A stretch of 64,000 nt of DNA from an uncultured Gammaproteobacteria bacterium (lineage in GTDB: Bacteria > Patescibacteriota > Microgenomatia > Levybacterales > GWA1-39-11), in the NCBI GenBank assembly GCA_964425075.1, contig CAYRKM010000001.1, positions 523,060 to 587,059 on the forward strand. Reading direction: 5' to 3'. Shown here piece by piece: positions 10,203 to 19,133 of the stretch. The translations under genes were made by a program, and so were the position numbers. Below the pieces are notes generated by a model. It was not told the origin of the DNA. It was given only the letters and a program-made list of their open reading frames with translations, and did not search any database. Numbering within the stretch: position 1 is the stretch's first letter; every line of letters starts with the position of its first letter.

Positions 10203-11360
10203 ATGGACTCAAAATTACAATACGTAAAAAAACTAGAAGAAATTTCGCATATTTCAGCTGAGGAAGCAAAAAGACTTTTGATTTCAGAAATGGAGAATGA
10301 CTCTAAGGCTGAAATTGCAAAAATTATTCGCGATAGTGAAACCGAAGCAAAAGCAATTGCACACAAAAAAGTTCAAGAGATACTAGCTGATGCTATAAAG
10401 CATGGCGCTTTAGATTTTCTCCCAGAATATACTCTCTCAGTTATAAAAATTGAAGATGAGGACATGAAGGGTAGGATTATTGGAAAAGAAGGACGAAATA
10501 TCCGAGCTTTCGAGAATGCTACTGGAGTTGACGTCGACCTTGAAGAGCGGGGAATTATACGGCTTTCAAGCTTTGACCCAGTTAGACGAGAGGTTGCAAG
10601 ACGCGCTTTGGAGCTTTTAATAAGGGATACTCGTATTCAACCTGTAAGGATTGAGGAAGTAGTAGAGCAACAGAAAAAGGAAGTAAATAAAATTCTTTTT
10701 GAAGAAGGAGAAAAGTTAGCTCACTCAGTTGACGCATACAACATTCACCCTGATCTTATTCAGATCCTTGGAAGATTTAAATTCAGAACGTCATTTGGGC
10801 AGAATCTAGTGGTGCATACACTTGAAGAGACAAAAATCGGTATGCAAATTGCGCATGAAATTGGTGCAAATGTTGAAACCGTAAAACTTGGATGTTTATT
10901 CCATGATATTGGTAAAGTTGTTAATGAAAAAGAGGGAAGTCATGTGGATCTTGGAGTGGAGCTTCTTAATAAATATAAAATCCCACGAGAAATTGTTAAT
11001 TGCGTAGCAGAACATCATGAAGATAAACCATTCTCGTCAATTGAGTCAATGATTGTGTCCACAGCGGATGCAATTTCAGGTGCTAGACCTGGTGCAAGGC
11101 ACGAAGACCTTCAAGACTACATGAAGCGACTTCGGGACATGGAAGAAATAGCCAAGAATTTTGATGGGGTTGAAGACGCTTATGCATTTGAAGCAGGACG
11201 AGAGTTAAGAGTAGTAATAAATCCAGGAAAGTTAGATGACGTTGAGGCTACAATTTTAGCAAGAAAAATAAAAGAAGAAGTTGATAGAAAGGTTATAGTT
11301 CCAGGAGTAGTGAGAGTAACAGTAATTCGTGAATTTAGAGTCTCCGAACCAAAAGAGTGA
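10203..11360 (+). CDS. rny: Ribonuclease Y (no N-terminal membrane anchor)
   Basis: KH motif KGRIIGKEGRNI, SFDPVRREVA, RTSFGQN, HD motif LFHDIGK, ADAISGARPGAR, AGRELRV. Confidence 0.95.
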   Translation: MDSKLQYVKKLEEISHISAEEAKRLLISEMENDSKAEIAKIIRDSETEAKAIAHKKVQEILADAIKHGALDFLPEYTLSVIKIEDEDMKGRIIGKEGRNIRAFENATGVDVDLEERGIIRLSSFDPVRREVARRALELLIRDTRIQPVRIEEVVEQQKKEVNKILFEEGEKLAHSVDAYNIHPDLIQILGRFKFRTSFGQNLVVHTLEETKIGMQIAHEIGANVETVKLGCLFHDIGKVVNEKEGSHVDLGVELLNKYKIPREIVNCVAEHHEDKPFSSIESMIVSTADAISGARPGARHEDLQDYMKRLRDMEEIAKNFDGVEDAYAFEAGRELRVVINPGKLDDVEATILARKIKEEVDRKVIVPGVVRVTVIREFRVSEPKE

Positions 11361-11398
11361 ATTTAGTTCTCTAAATTAATCAATCCCAAACAGATATA

Positions 11399-11427
11399 TT
11401 GACAAAGGTATGTAGAGTTTGTATTGT
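11399..11427 (+). promoter_or_regulatory. Sigma70 promoter of hup-miaA
   Basis: TTGACA 11399-11404, 17-nt spacer, TATTGT 11422-11427; SD-like AAGGGGGTGA before the hup ATG. Confidence 0.7.
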
Positions 11428-11463
11428 TAAATCAAGCAAAGTTTCGAAAGGGGGTGATTTTTA

Positions 11464-11742
11464 ATGTCAGTAACAAAAAAAGAATTAATAGAATTAGTAG
11501 CAAAAAAAGGTAATCTTACCAATAAGGCTGCGAAGGAATCAGTGAAGGTTTTCCTAAATGGCATTAGAGATAGCCTTAAGAGAGGCGAAAAGGTTGTAAT
11601 TACAGGATTTGGTACATTTTCAGTAAGAAGTCGAAAGTCTAGAAAAGGAAGAAATCCTAAGACTGGTGAGGCTATAATAATCAGCGCAAGAAAAGCACCT
11701 GGATTTACACCTGGAAAGAGCCTCAAAAAAGCTATTAAGTGA
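11464..11742 (+). CDS. hup: DNA-binding protein HU
   Basis: GFGTFSV...RKGRNPKTGE...PGFTPGKSLK. Confidence 0.96.
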   Translation: MSVTKKELIELVAKKGNLTNKAAKESVKVFLNGIRDSLKRGEKVVITGFGTFSVRSRKSRKGRNPKTGEAIIISARKAPGFTPGKSLKKAIK

Positions 11743-11756
11743 TACAATACCCTACA

Positions 11757-12662
11757 ATGGATAAAATTATCTATGTTGTAGGTCCTACTGGGATTGGTAA
11801 AACAGCACTAGCATTTCGGCTTGCGAAAAAATTCAATGGAGAATTGGTTAATGCCGATTCCGTACAAATTTATAAGGGGTTAGATATTGTTTCTGGTAAG
11901 GATAACCCAAAAAATTCATCAACTCCTATTCATCTCTTGGATGTAGTATCTCCAACTGAGGCGTTCTCAGTTTCGCAATTTCAAAAACTAGGGGAAGATA
12001 TTATTAATCAAATTTTATCCAAAAACAAAACCCCAATTGTTGTTGGTGGCACAGGATTATATATAAAATCTCTTATTGATGGAATTCCAACAAAAGATAT
12101 TCCATATGATAGTAATCTTCGTTTAGCGCTTCAGGATTTGTCTATTGATAGGTTGCAAAGCAAACTTTCAAAGAAAAAACTGGAGCAAATGAATGAGTCG
12201 GACAGAAAAAATAAAAGGCGGCTAATTCGTGCAATAGAAATTGAAAAATCAGGTTTCAAAAAATTCATAACCACAATTCCTTTTCCTACAGCCCAACATC
12301 TTCAAATAGGACTAAAAACAGAAAGAGAGATTTTAAAAGAGAGAATTGATAAAAGGGTAGATGAAAGAGTGAAAAATGGAGCCTTGGAAGAGGCGGAAAA
12401 TTTGTTTAAAAACTACAGAAACCTTACCGAGCAGGTAAAAAATACTAATGGTTATAAGCAGTTGTTTATGTTTCTAAAAAACGAAATTTCACTGAACGAG
12501 GCAACAAAAAGATGGAAAATCTCAGAGCATAGATTAGCAAAAAACCAAATGACATGGTTTGAAAAAGATAAAAGAATAAATTGGTTTGACTCCGTTAGAA
12601 ATTCTAGAGAGAAGATTTACCGAGAGATTTCGTCTTTGATTAATGACAAAACACATTTATAA
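11757..12662 (+). CDS. miaA: tRNA dimethylallyltransferase (likely start ATG 11757, MDKIIYV)
   Basis: GPTGIGKT, NADSVQIYKGLDIVSGK, VGGTGLYI, AKNQMTWF. Confidence 0.95.
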   Translation: MDKIIYVVGPTGIGKTALAFRLAKKFNGELVNADSVQIYKGLDIVSGKDNPKNSSTPIHLLDVVSPTEAFSVSQFQKLGEDIINQILSKNKTPIVVGGTGLYIKSLIDGIPTKDIPYDSNLRLALQDLSIDRLQSKLSKKKLEQMNESDRKNKRRLIRAIEIEKSGFKKFITTIPFPTAQHLQIGLKTEREILKERIDKRVDERVKNGALEEAENLFKNYRNLTEQVKNTNGYKQLFMFLKNEISLNEATKRWKISEHRLAKNQMTWFEKDKRINWFDSVRNSREKIYREISSLINDKTHL

Positions 12663-12735
12663 CGGGGTTTGATGTTAAAGATAAGTATTTTGAGGTTAGA
12701 ATAGAAGAAAAACTTAAGACTTAATTATTATAGGC

Positions 12736-12765
12736 TTGATTTTGTCCTCACAAAAGTAGTATAAT
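12736..12765 (+). promoter_or_regulatory. Sigma70 promoter of rnpB
   Basis: TTGATT 12736-12741 and TATAAT 12760-12765 just upstream of the P1 helix. Confidence 0.65.
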
Positions 12766-12770
12766 ACTTA

Positions 12771-13154
12771 AGACCTTAGGAAGAAGGGTCGTCGCCTCGG
12801 CCGTAGTTGGACGGGGAGGAAAGTCCAGACAGGTTTAATGCCAGGGATGGAACGTAAGTTCCGGCTAGAATAAACAAAGCTTTTTTAAGTTTTGTTTAAA
12901 ATAGCTAGTGTCTAATTCCTTCACCCACATATGGGAATTAGAACAGGTACAGAATTAACTGCACCTGAGAGCAACAGAGACGAGTGGGAGTGAAACGGGC
13001 AATCCTACCTGCTGCAACCTCCGATCGATATGGGAGCATTACCCGTGCCTCATAGGCACAGTATCGAAGTTTGAGGGCATCAGATAGATGACGATCAAAC
13101 ACCTGATAGTTTTCAGTGTTCAACAGAATCTGGCTCACTCTCTTCCTAGGGTCT
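12771..13154 (+). ncRNA. rnpB: RNase P RNA
   Basis: GAGGAAAGTCCAGA near 12816 and AACAGAATCTGGCT near 13122 form P4 with compensatory CCAGA/TCTGG; ends AGACCTTAGGAAGA and TCTTCCTAGGGTCT pair as P1; conserved GCAACAGAGA..GTGAAACGG and TAGATGA segments. Confidence 0.93.
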
Positions 13155-13265
13155 TTTTAAATTAAAGTTAACTTGGTTAAATGACTTACCTCAGGATATA
13201 GATTTTCACTTCGCGCACTCTCTTCATGTTGTGCTTTTTCAAAGCTAAGGGTCTTTTTAAATTAA
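13148..13265 (+). repeat. 18-bp perfect direct repeat AGGGTCTTTTTAAATTAA (13148-13165 and 13248-13265)
   Basis: Read directly; the first copy includes the rnpB 3' end. Confidence 0.85.
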
Positions 13266-16180
13266 GATGCAACACTGCAAAGCATTCGATATTCACAGTT
13301 AGCGCAAAGGATATTTTTGTTGCATTTAAAGTCGCTTTCCTCAATTTTTTTAACTTTTGAAATTATTTTTTCTTCAATTTCGCTTAAATCTTTTTCAGTA
13401 ACTGTTCTAGATATTTTTTCTCCTGTCTCAATATAAAGCATGCTTAATTTTATTTTATTTAGTTTCTTGAAAAAGGGTTTATTAATTCTTGTAGCAGCCA
13501 GTCCATATAAACCAAGTTGAAATCGATAAGAGGTTTTTGTAGATGAATTTATTGCACCAGTTTTGTAATCAATTATTTCTATTGTTCCATCGGGAAGTTC
13601 ATCAACTCTATCCATTGTTCCCATAATTCTTAAATTATCTCCAAGATGAAATGAAAATTGCATTTCAATTTCCTTTGTATTTATTCTTTTATCAAATGTT
13701 TCTTTAAAATAGTTTATTAATATTTGTTCTGCTCGATTTTTTGCTTCTTTTTCATGACCCTTGCTCTGATATCCTTCTGAAATCCATTCTTTTGTAAGAA
13801 TTTCCAAAAGCATTTTTTGTGTTACATTTTCTTTTTTCAAGAGAAATTTATAAAATTCGCTTAATGTTTTATGAAGGGTAATTCCAAAACTTTGTGCAGA
13901 TGATGGGACAGTTGGAATTCCCAATATGTATCTTGCTTTATAATGAAGCGGACAAATGTCAAAAGCTTGTAGAGCAGAATAGGATATTGTTTTTACTTTA
14001 TAAACTTCTCTATCTTCATTTTTTTTCTCAATTCTTTTAAATTGTTCTGCGACATCAAGCAATGTGAGTTGCCTTTCTTTAATTTCAGTTGTTTCCTTTA
14101 AAGTAAAATCAGGTAGTGCTTCAAAAACAAATGGTGATAATTTCTTCTCACGTCGACCTTCACCATAGAACTTTGCACCAGTCATAAAAAGAATATCACG
14201 TGCTCGAGTCATTGCCACATAAAACAACCTTCGCTCTTCCTGAAGGTGAAAGTCTTCTGGTATGATAGTTACCTTCTCGCTTTTTTTTAAAGAAACACTA
14301 CTTTTTGTTTTGAGTAGTTGGGACGGAATCGGAATTTTTTCTTTTCTCTCTCTCCCCGGAAATCTATCATTTACAAGATTTACTAAAAAGACAATCGGAA
14401 ATTCTAATCCTTTACTCGAATGAATAGTCAGGATATTAACTGCGTTCATGTCACGAAAATCAATTTCAGAAACAATTGGGCTCTCTCCAAGTTGAGTCAT
14501 AAGATCTATCCAATCCACAACTGCGTACACATTTGAATTTTCAGCGGATATTTCAAATGATTTTAGGCGGTCAAAAAATTTAGCTATGTTTAAAGCTACT
14601 TTTTCTTCCTGTTGTGTTTTAAATTTTAAAAAATCCTGATACATTCCTGTATCTGTCAAAAAATAATAAAGAATTTGTCCAGCGCTATCTACTTTTACAC
14701 GCTCGATGTGTCTTAAAATTGTCTCATGAATGCTTCTTATTTTTGTTCGGGAAAGATCTGAAATGTATGAATCATCTAAATGATTAAGAGTTTCAAAAAG
14801 CGTAAGGTTTTTCTTTTTAGACAAGGAAAGCAAATAATTTAAATCTCTTTGATTAATATCAAAATAATTCATAGAAAGAACACGAAAAAGTGAAATGGAA
14901 TCAGTAAGATCTGCCAAAACTTTTAGGTATGCTATTAAATCTTTTATCTCGTCTTGGTGAAAAAGTTGTCCGGGTCCTAGGAATTGATATGGGATTTTTT
15001 GACGTTGTAGATATTGAGATATTGGATGCGCATGGTTATTTGCTCGTACCAAGATTGCTATATCACGGTAGGTGTATTTGCCACTCTTAACAAGTTCAGT
15101 TATTTTTAATGCAATTTGCTCTGCTTCTTCATCAAGTCGGTTTTCAAAGACCACTTCGATTGGTTTTCCCTTTACGTTTCTTTCTGATGTTAATTTTTTT
15201 GAGATGTTTTCAGTAATTTCCAAGCGATTAGGATTATTATTTTGAATAAGAGTATATGCTGCGTCAAGAATCGTTTGAGTGGAACGGTAGTTTTTTGTAA
15301 GACTTATAATTTTTGCTCCAGGAAAATTATCCCTAAATTGCAAAATGTTTGAAAGCGCTGCTCCTCTCCATCTGTAAATTGCTTGATCATCATCTGCAAC
15401 AACTGTGATGTTTTTCTTTTTTCCAGAAAGCATTATTGCTAATTCATTCTGTGCATAATTTGTATCCTGAAATTCATCCACCAATATAAACTTAAATTTA
15501 TCTTGATATTTTTTTAGAATATTCTCTCTTTTTCTAAAAAGTCTTAGGGTATTTGCGATAAGGTCACCAAAATCCATAACTCCCTCCTTAATTTTTATTT
15601 CCTCAAATTGCTGGTATGCACGAGAGAGTTCTAGCACCTGTTCTTTTGTTAAAGCCTCTCCATTAGCTTGGGTTGCGCCTTTTATATTTTTTGCATATTT
15701 TACGTATTCCTCAGGAGTAATATCTTCATCTTTAAGACGTGAGAAATGTTGCAACATTGCCTCAATAAACTTTACGGGATTTCCTAGCGGTCTATAATAA
15801 TTAAGATTCATTTCAAAAAGATGTTTTCTAAAAAGCATAACGCTTTCTCCATCTCCAACAAGTTTGTATCCTGGATTAAGCCCGATATTTAATGCTTCTT
15901 GACGAAGCAATATATCGCAAAAAGAGTGAAAGGTTGAAATCCACATTTGCGTATATCCATATGGCATCATTTTATCCGTTCTTTCCTCCATTTCTTTTGC
16001 AGCCTTTTCTGTAAAAGTTAATGCCAAAATCTCATCTGGCACCACTTTTTCTTTAGCAATAAGATGCTGGATTCTCTGAGTGATAACTGTAGTTTTTCCT
16101 GTTCCTGCGCCCGCAACAATTAATAGGGGGCCCGTTCCAAATTCTACTGCTGCTTTCTGTTTGGGATTTAGCTTGAGCAT
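13262..16180 (-). CDS. UvrD/PcrA-family helicase fused to a C-terminal PD-(D/E)XK nuclease with four Cys
   Basis: AGAGTGKT, LVDEFQD, DDDQAIYRWRGA, LTKNYRS, TIHSSKGLEF, EERRLFYVAMTRA; nuclease GTMDRVD...IIDYKTG; CPLHY...C..C.YR.LC. Confidence 0.93.
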   Translation of the reverse strand: MLKLNPKQKAAVEFGTGPLLIVAGAGTGKTTVITQRIQHLIAKEKVVPDEILALTFTEKAAKEMEERTDKMMPYGYTQMWISTFHSFCDILLRQEALNIGLNPGYKLVGDGESVMLFRKHLFEMNLNYYRPLGNPVKFIEAMLQHFSRLKDEDITPEEYVKYAKNIKGATQANGEALTKEQVLELSRAYQQFEEIKIKEGVMDFGDLIANTLRLFRKRENILKKYQDKFKFILVDEFQDTNYAQNELAIMLSGKKKNITVVADDDQAIYRWRGAALSNILQFRDNFPGAKIISLTKNYRSTQTILDAAYTLIQNNNPNRLEITENISKKLTSERNVKGKPIEVVFENRLDEEAEQIALKITELVKSGKYTYRDIAILVRANNHAHPISQYLQRQKIPYQFLGPGQLFHQDEIKDLIAYLKVLADLTDSISLFRVLSMNYFDINQRDLNYLLSLSKKKNLTLFETLNHLDDSYISDLSRTKIRSIHETILRHIERVKVDSAGQILYYFLTDTGMYQDFLKFKTQQEEKVALNIAKFFDRLKSFEISAENSNVYAVVDWIDLMTQLGESPIVSEIDFRDMNAVNILTIHSSKGLEFPIVFLVNLVNDRFPGRERKEKIPIPSQLLKTKSSVSLKKSEKVTIIPEDFHLQEERRLFYVAMTRARDILFMTGAKFYGEGRREKKLSPFVFEALPDFTLKETTEIKERQLTLLDVAEQFKRIEKKNEDREVYKVKTISYSALQAFDICPLHYKARYILGIPTVPSSAQSFGITLHKTLSEFYKFLLKKENVTQKMLLEILTKEWISEGYQSKGHEKEAKNRAEQILINYFKETFDKRINTKEIEMQFSFHLGDNLRIMGTMDRVDELPDGTIEIIDYKTGAINSSTKTSYRFQLGLYGLAATRINKPFFKKLNKIKLSMLYIETGEKISRTVTEKDLSEIEEKIISKVKKIEESDFKCNKNILCANCEYRMLCSVAS

Positions 16181-16248
16181 AAAGTCGCCATCATTGTATC
16201 ATATATGAAGCCTTGTAAAGAGAAGGTTATTTTTGTTTAATACATAGT

Positions 16249-16989
16249 ATGTCAGACAACGAAACTCCATTTTTTCTTCCTTTCGTAAAAAAGGAGAAAT
16301 TAACCAAAGACACTTATACATTCTTTTTCAAACGTACAGGGGAGGAGCGGGATTTTGTGCCGGGTCAATATTATGAAATGAAGCTTGATATTAAAAATCC
16401 AGATGAAAGAGGGGATGCGCATGTTTTTACAATTAGTTCAAGCCCAACGGATAAAGAATTTATTACAATAACAACAAGAATTATTAAAAGTACTTTTAAG
16501 TTAAGACTCAACGAATTAAAGCCTGGGGAAAAAGTACAATTTAACGGTCCATGGGACGACCTAAACTTCGATGAAAAAGACACATCTCCTCACGTGTTCT
16601 TTGCAGGTGGAATTGGGGTAACTCCGTACCACTCTATTGTAAAGTATGCTCTTGATAAGAGCCTTAAAACGCCTATGATATTGTTTGCATCTTGGAAGAA
16701 TAGAGGTGAAATGATATTTGATGAATTTTTCAGAGATGCTAATAATCACCTTGAAAATTTTTCATATGTTCCAACTTTAACTGAAGAAACAAATATAAAT
16801 TCAGGAGAGTGGGACGGGGAGTTGGGTAGAATCGATAGCGAGATGATAAGAAAATATGTGTACGATGTTGCTGGGAGTAAATATTTTTTTACTGGCCCAC
16901 AAATTATGGTAAATGCGCTAAAACAAGTGGTTATTGAAATGGGAGTTTCAAAAGACAGAATTATTGCTGAAGAATTTGAGGGATATTGA
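16249..16989 (+). CDS. FAD/NAD(P)-dependent oxidoreductase, ferredoxin-NADP reductase-like
   Basis: FVPGQY, FTISSSP, FAGGIGVTP, GRID, TGPQIMV, terminal EEFEGY. Confidence 0.9.
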   Translation: MSDNETPFFLPFVKKEKLTKDTYTFFFKRTGEERDFVPGQYYEMKLDIKNPDERGDAHVFTISSSPTDKEFITITTRIIKSTFKLRLNELKPGEKVQFNGPWDDLNFDEKDTSPHVFFAGGIGVTPYHSIVKYALDKSLKTPMILFASWKNRGEMIFDEFFRDANNHLENFSYVPTLTEETNINSGEWDGELGRIDSEMIRKYVYDVAGSKYFFTGPQIMVNALKQVVIEMGVSKDRIIAEEFEGY

Positions 16990-17040
16990 TTATAAATCAA
17001 TTGTCGTAGTCCTATGCAAGGTGAATTTTAGCTCTTCCTT

Positions 17041-17385
17041 ATGAAAAATAGTACGTACTTTCTTATTAGGGATATTTTATCATGTTTTCCCACTACGGTC
17101 GAAAGGAATCTAACTAGTGTTCTAAATGCTCATCATGTATTTAAAAAATCTACTCGACAAATATTTGTTGAGGAAGTTAAAAGTAGGAGGCCAGCTTACC
17201 GCATATTGTGTGGTGCATTAATAATGCAAAACACCTTTTTACGACAATATCCTCAAATCGCTTTTTATGAAGTTTCGGATATTATTCCTGAGCTTAAATA
17301 CTGCTTCTTTAAAGATAAAAGAAAAACGATAAAACGCTTAAGTGCAGAAACGATATTAAGATTATTTGTCACATTATATTTTTAA
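17041..17385 (+). CDS. Hypothetical orphan protein
   Basis: 114-aa ATG ORF filling the gap between recognisable genes; no motif. Confidence 0.4.
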   Translation: MKNSTYFLIRDILSCFPTTVERNLTSVLNAHHVFKKSTRQIFVEEVKSRRPAYRILCGALIMQNTFLRQYPQIAFYEVSDIIPELKYCFFKDKRKTIKRLSAETILRLFVTLYF

Positions 17386-17391
17386 ACATTT

Positions 17392-17595
17392 ATGTTACCG
17401 CATGGTAACAGGACTAAAGAGTACGTAATTATTTTTAAGAAAAATTTTTCTAGGGAAGAGTTTGTAAATGTTCTTAGGAGCGAAAAGTTTTATATACCGA
17501 TACGTTTTATATTTGAGAGACAAGGCTTAGATATTGGATGTAATAAAGAAGCCGAGAAAAAAATAAATAAAATAATCAACAAATTTTACAACTAA
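17392..17595 (+). CDS. Hypothetical small protein
   Basis: 67-aa ATG ORF 6 nt after the previous stop and abutting the rmuC stop; no motif. Confidence 0.4.
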   Translation: MLPHGNRTKEYVIIFKKNFSREEFVNVLRSEKFYIPIRFIFERQGLDIGCNKEAEKKINKIINKFYN

Positions 17596-18552
17596 CTAAT
17601 CCACAAGTTTCTTAATTTCCTTTTCCTCTAGTTCTCCCAAAGTGTTTGTGTTATCAATTTGTTGTCCGAGTTTGGTAAAACTTGAAGAAACAGTAGTTGC
17701 CATATTATATGAATTTGTAATATGGCGTTGTAATGTTTCAAAATTTGTATTTACTCTTTCGTATTCTTCTTTAATGCCTCGAAGATTAGATAGGATTTTG
17801 TGTGCTTGTTGGGAAATTTTTTGCCCCTCAAACCCTATGAGAATAGAACGAAGGAATGCATAAAAAGACATGGGACTTACAGCAAGAACTCTTTTCTTAG
17901 TCGCATATTCATAAAGAGTTTGGCCATTTATTATTTCGTAATAAACTGATTCCGAGGGTATATACATCAGGGCAAAGTCAATTGTTCCCTCGTTTGTTAA
18001 TATGTATTTTGAAGAAATTGCATCAATATGTCTCTTTACATCATTCGTAAATTCCCGTTCAAACAGTTTCTTTTCTTTAGGGTCCTCAGTTGAATTCATT
18101 TTTTTAAAATTTTCCATTGGGAATTTACTGTCAATTGGGATAATGCCGGCCTCAGTGATGATAGCAGCATCAACTACATTTCCGGTTTTGAATTTATATT
18201 GAAGTCTAAAGGTGCTCTTGGGCAAAAATTGTCCAAGTAGTTCTTTAAGAACCTGTTCTCCTAAGTTACCTCTTAATTTTGGACTATTTAAAAATTCTTG
18301 GAGGTCTTTCATGTTACGTCCGATTTCACTCATCTCTCCAAGAGATTTTTGAACTGATGCGAAAGCTTGCGCAGCGTTGTTGAGCCTTGAATTCATTTCA
18401 GCAGAATTACTGTCAAGTCTTTTGTCCATAGACTTAAGCCACTCTACAACGGTATTGTCGGAGGAAGGGGTCTGTTTGCGGTTTATAAAGTAGATAACAA
18501 TTCCAAATCCAAGGATTAGAATTGTTGATATTACGAGCAGGTCAATATTCAT
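17596..18552 (-). CDS. rmuC: DNA recombination protein RmuC
   Basis: N-terminal TM, KLRGNLGEQVL, IPIDSKFP, TIDFALMYIPSESVYYE. Confidence 0.93.
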   Translation of the reverse strand: MNIDLLVISTILILGFGIVIYFINRKQTPSSDNTVVEWLKSMDKRLDSNSAEMNSRLNNAAQAFASVQKSLGEMSEIGRNMKDLQEFLNSPKLRGNLGEQVLKELLGQFLPKSTFRLQYKFKTGNVVDAAIITEAGIIPIDSKFPMENFKKMNSTEDPKEKKLFEREFTNDVKRHIDAISSKYILTNEGTIDFALMYIPSESVYYEIINGQTLYEYATKKRVLAVSPMSFYAFLRSILIGFEGQKISQQAHKILSNLRGIKEEYERVNTNFETLQRHITNSYNMATTVSSSFTKLGQQIDNTNTLGELEEKEIKKLVD

Positions 18553-18583
18553 GTGGAATACATTTTATCACAAGTAAGATGAG

Positions 18584-19132
18584 TTATTGAGGATTCATCT
18601 CGAGAGCTTCATATAAAACAATTCCTAAGGAAACCATTACGTTTAGTGATTTATTTATACCCATCTGAGGAAGTTCCACTATACTGTCACACTTTGATAA
18701 AACTTCCTCTGATATACCATCTGACTCGTGCCCCACGACCAAAGCAATCGGAAGCGAATAATCAGCTTTTGTATATTCTATACTTCTTTTATCAAGCTCT
18801 ACTCCTATGATTTTAATATTCTTAATATTTTTCTTAAGTTTTTTAATCGCGTCAGTCGTTTTCTTGCAATATTCCCACTCAACCCATTGCCAGGTTCCGA
18901 CGGAGGCCTTTTTTATTTTGTGGTTTGGGGGAGTTTCTGTACCGCCACATAAAAATATTTTTCTTGCACCCACAGCATCAGCAAGTCTAAATATAGCACC
19001 GGTATTATACGTATCCAACACGTTGTCAAGAACTATATAAATTTCTTGTCTGGAAGATTTTACTTTTTCAAGTTGTTCTTCGGTCGGTATTATAACGCGC
19101 AACTCATCAGCGCTTAACTTTGTGATGTCCAT
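18584..19132 (-). CDS. TrmH/SpoU-family RNA methyltransferase (start MDITKL at 19132)
   Basis: LDNVLDTYNTGAIFRLADA, LVVGHESDGIS, SLNVMVS SPOUT motifs; upstream extension in the track overlaps topA. Confidence 0.9.
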   Translation of the reverse strand: MDITKLSADELRVIIPTEEQLEKVKSSRQEIYIVLDNVLDTYNTGAIFRLADAVGARKIFLCGGTETPPNHKIKKASVGTWQWVEWEYCKKTTDAIKKLKKNIKNIKIIGVELDKRSIEYTKADYSLPIALVVGHESDGISEEVLSKCDSIVELPQMGINKSLNVMVSLGIVLYEALEMNPQ

Positions 19133-19133
19133 A

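Noticed and set aside
12938-13138. 66-aa minus-strand ORF
   Set aside because: Lies antisense within the RNase P RNA gene
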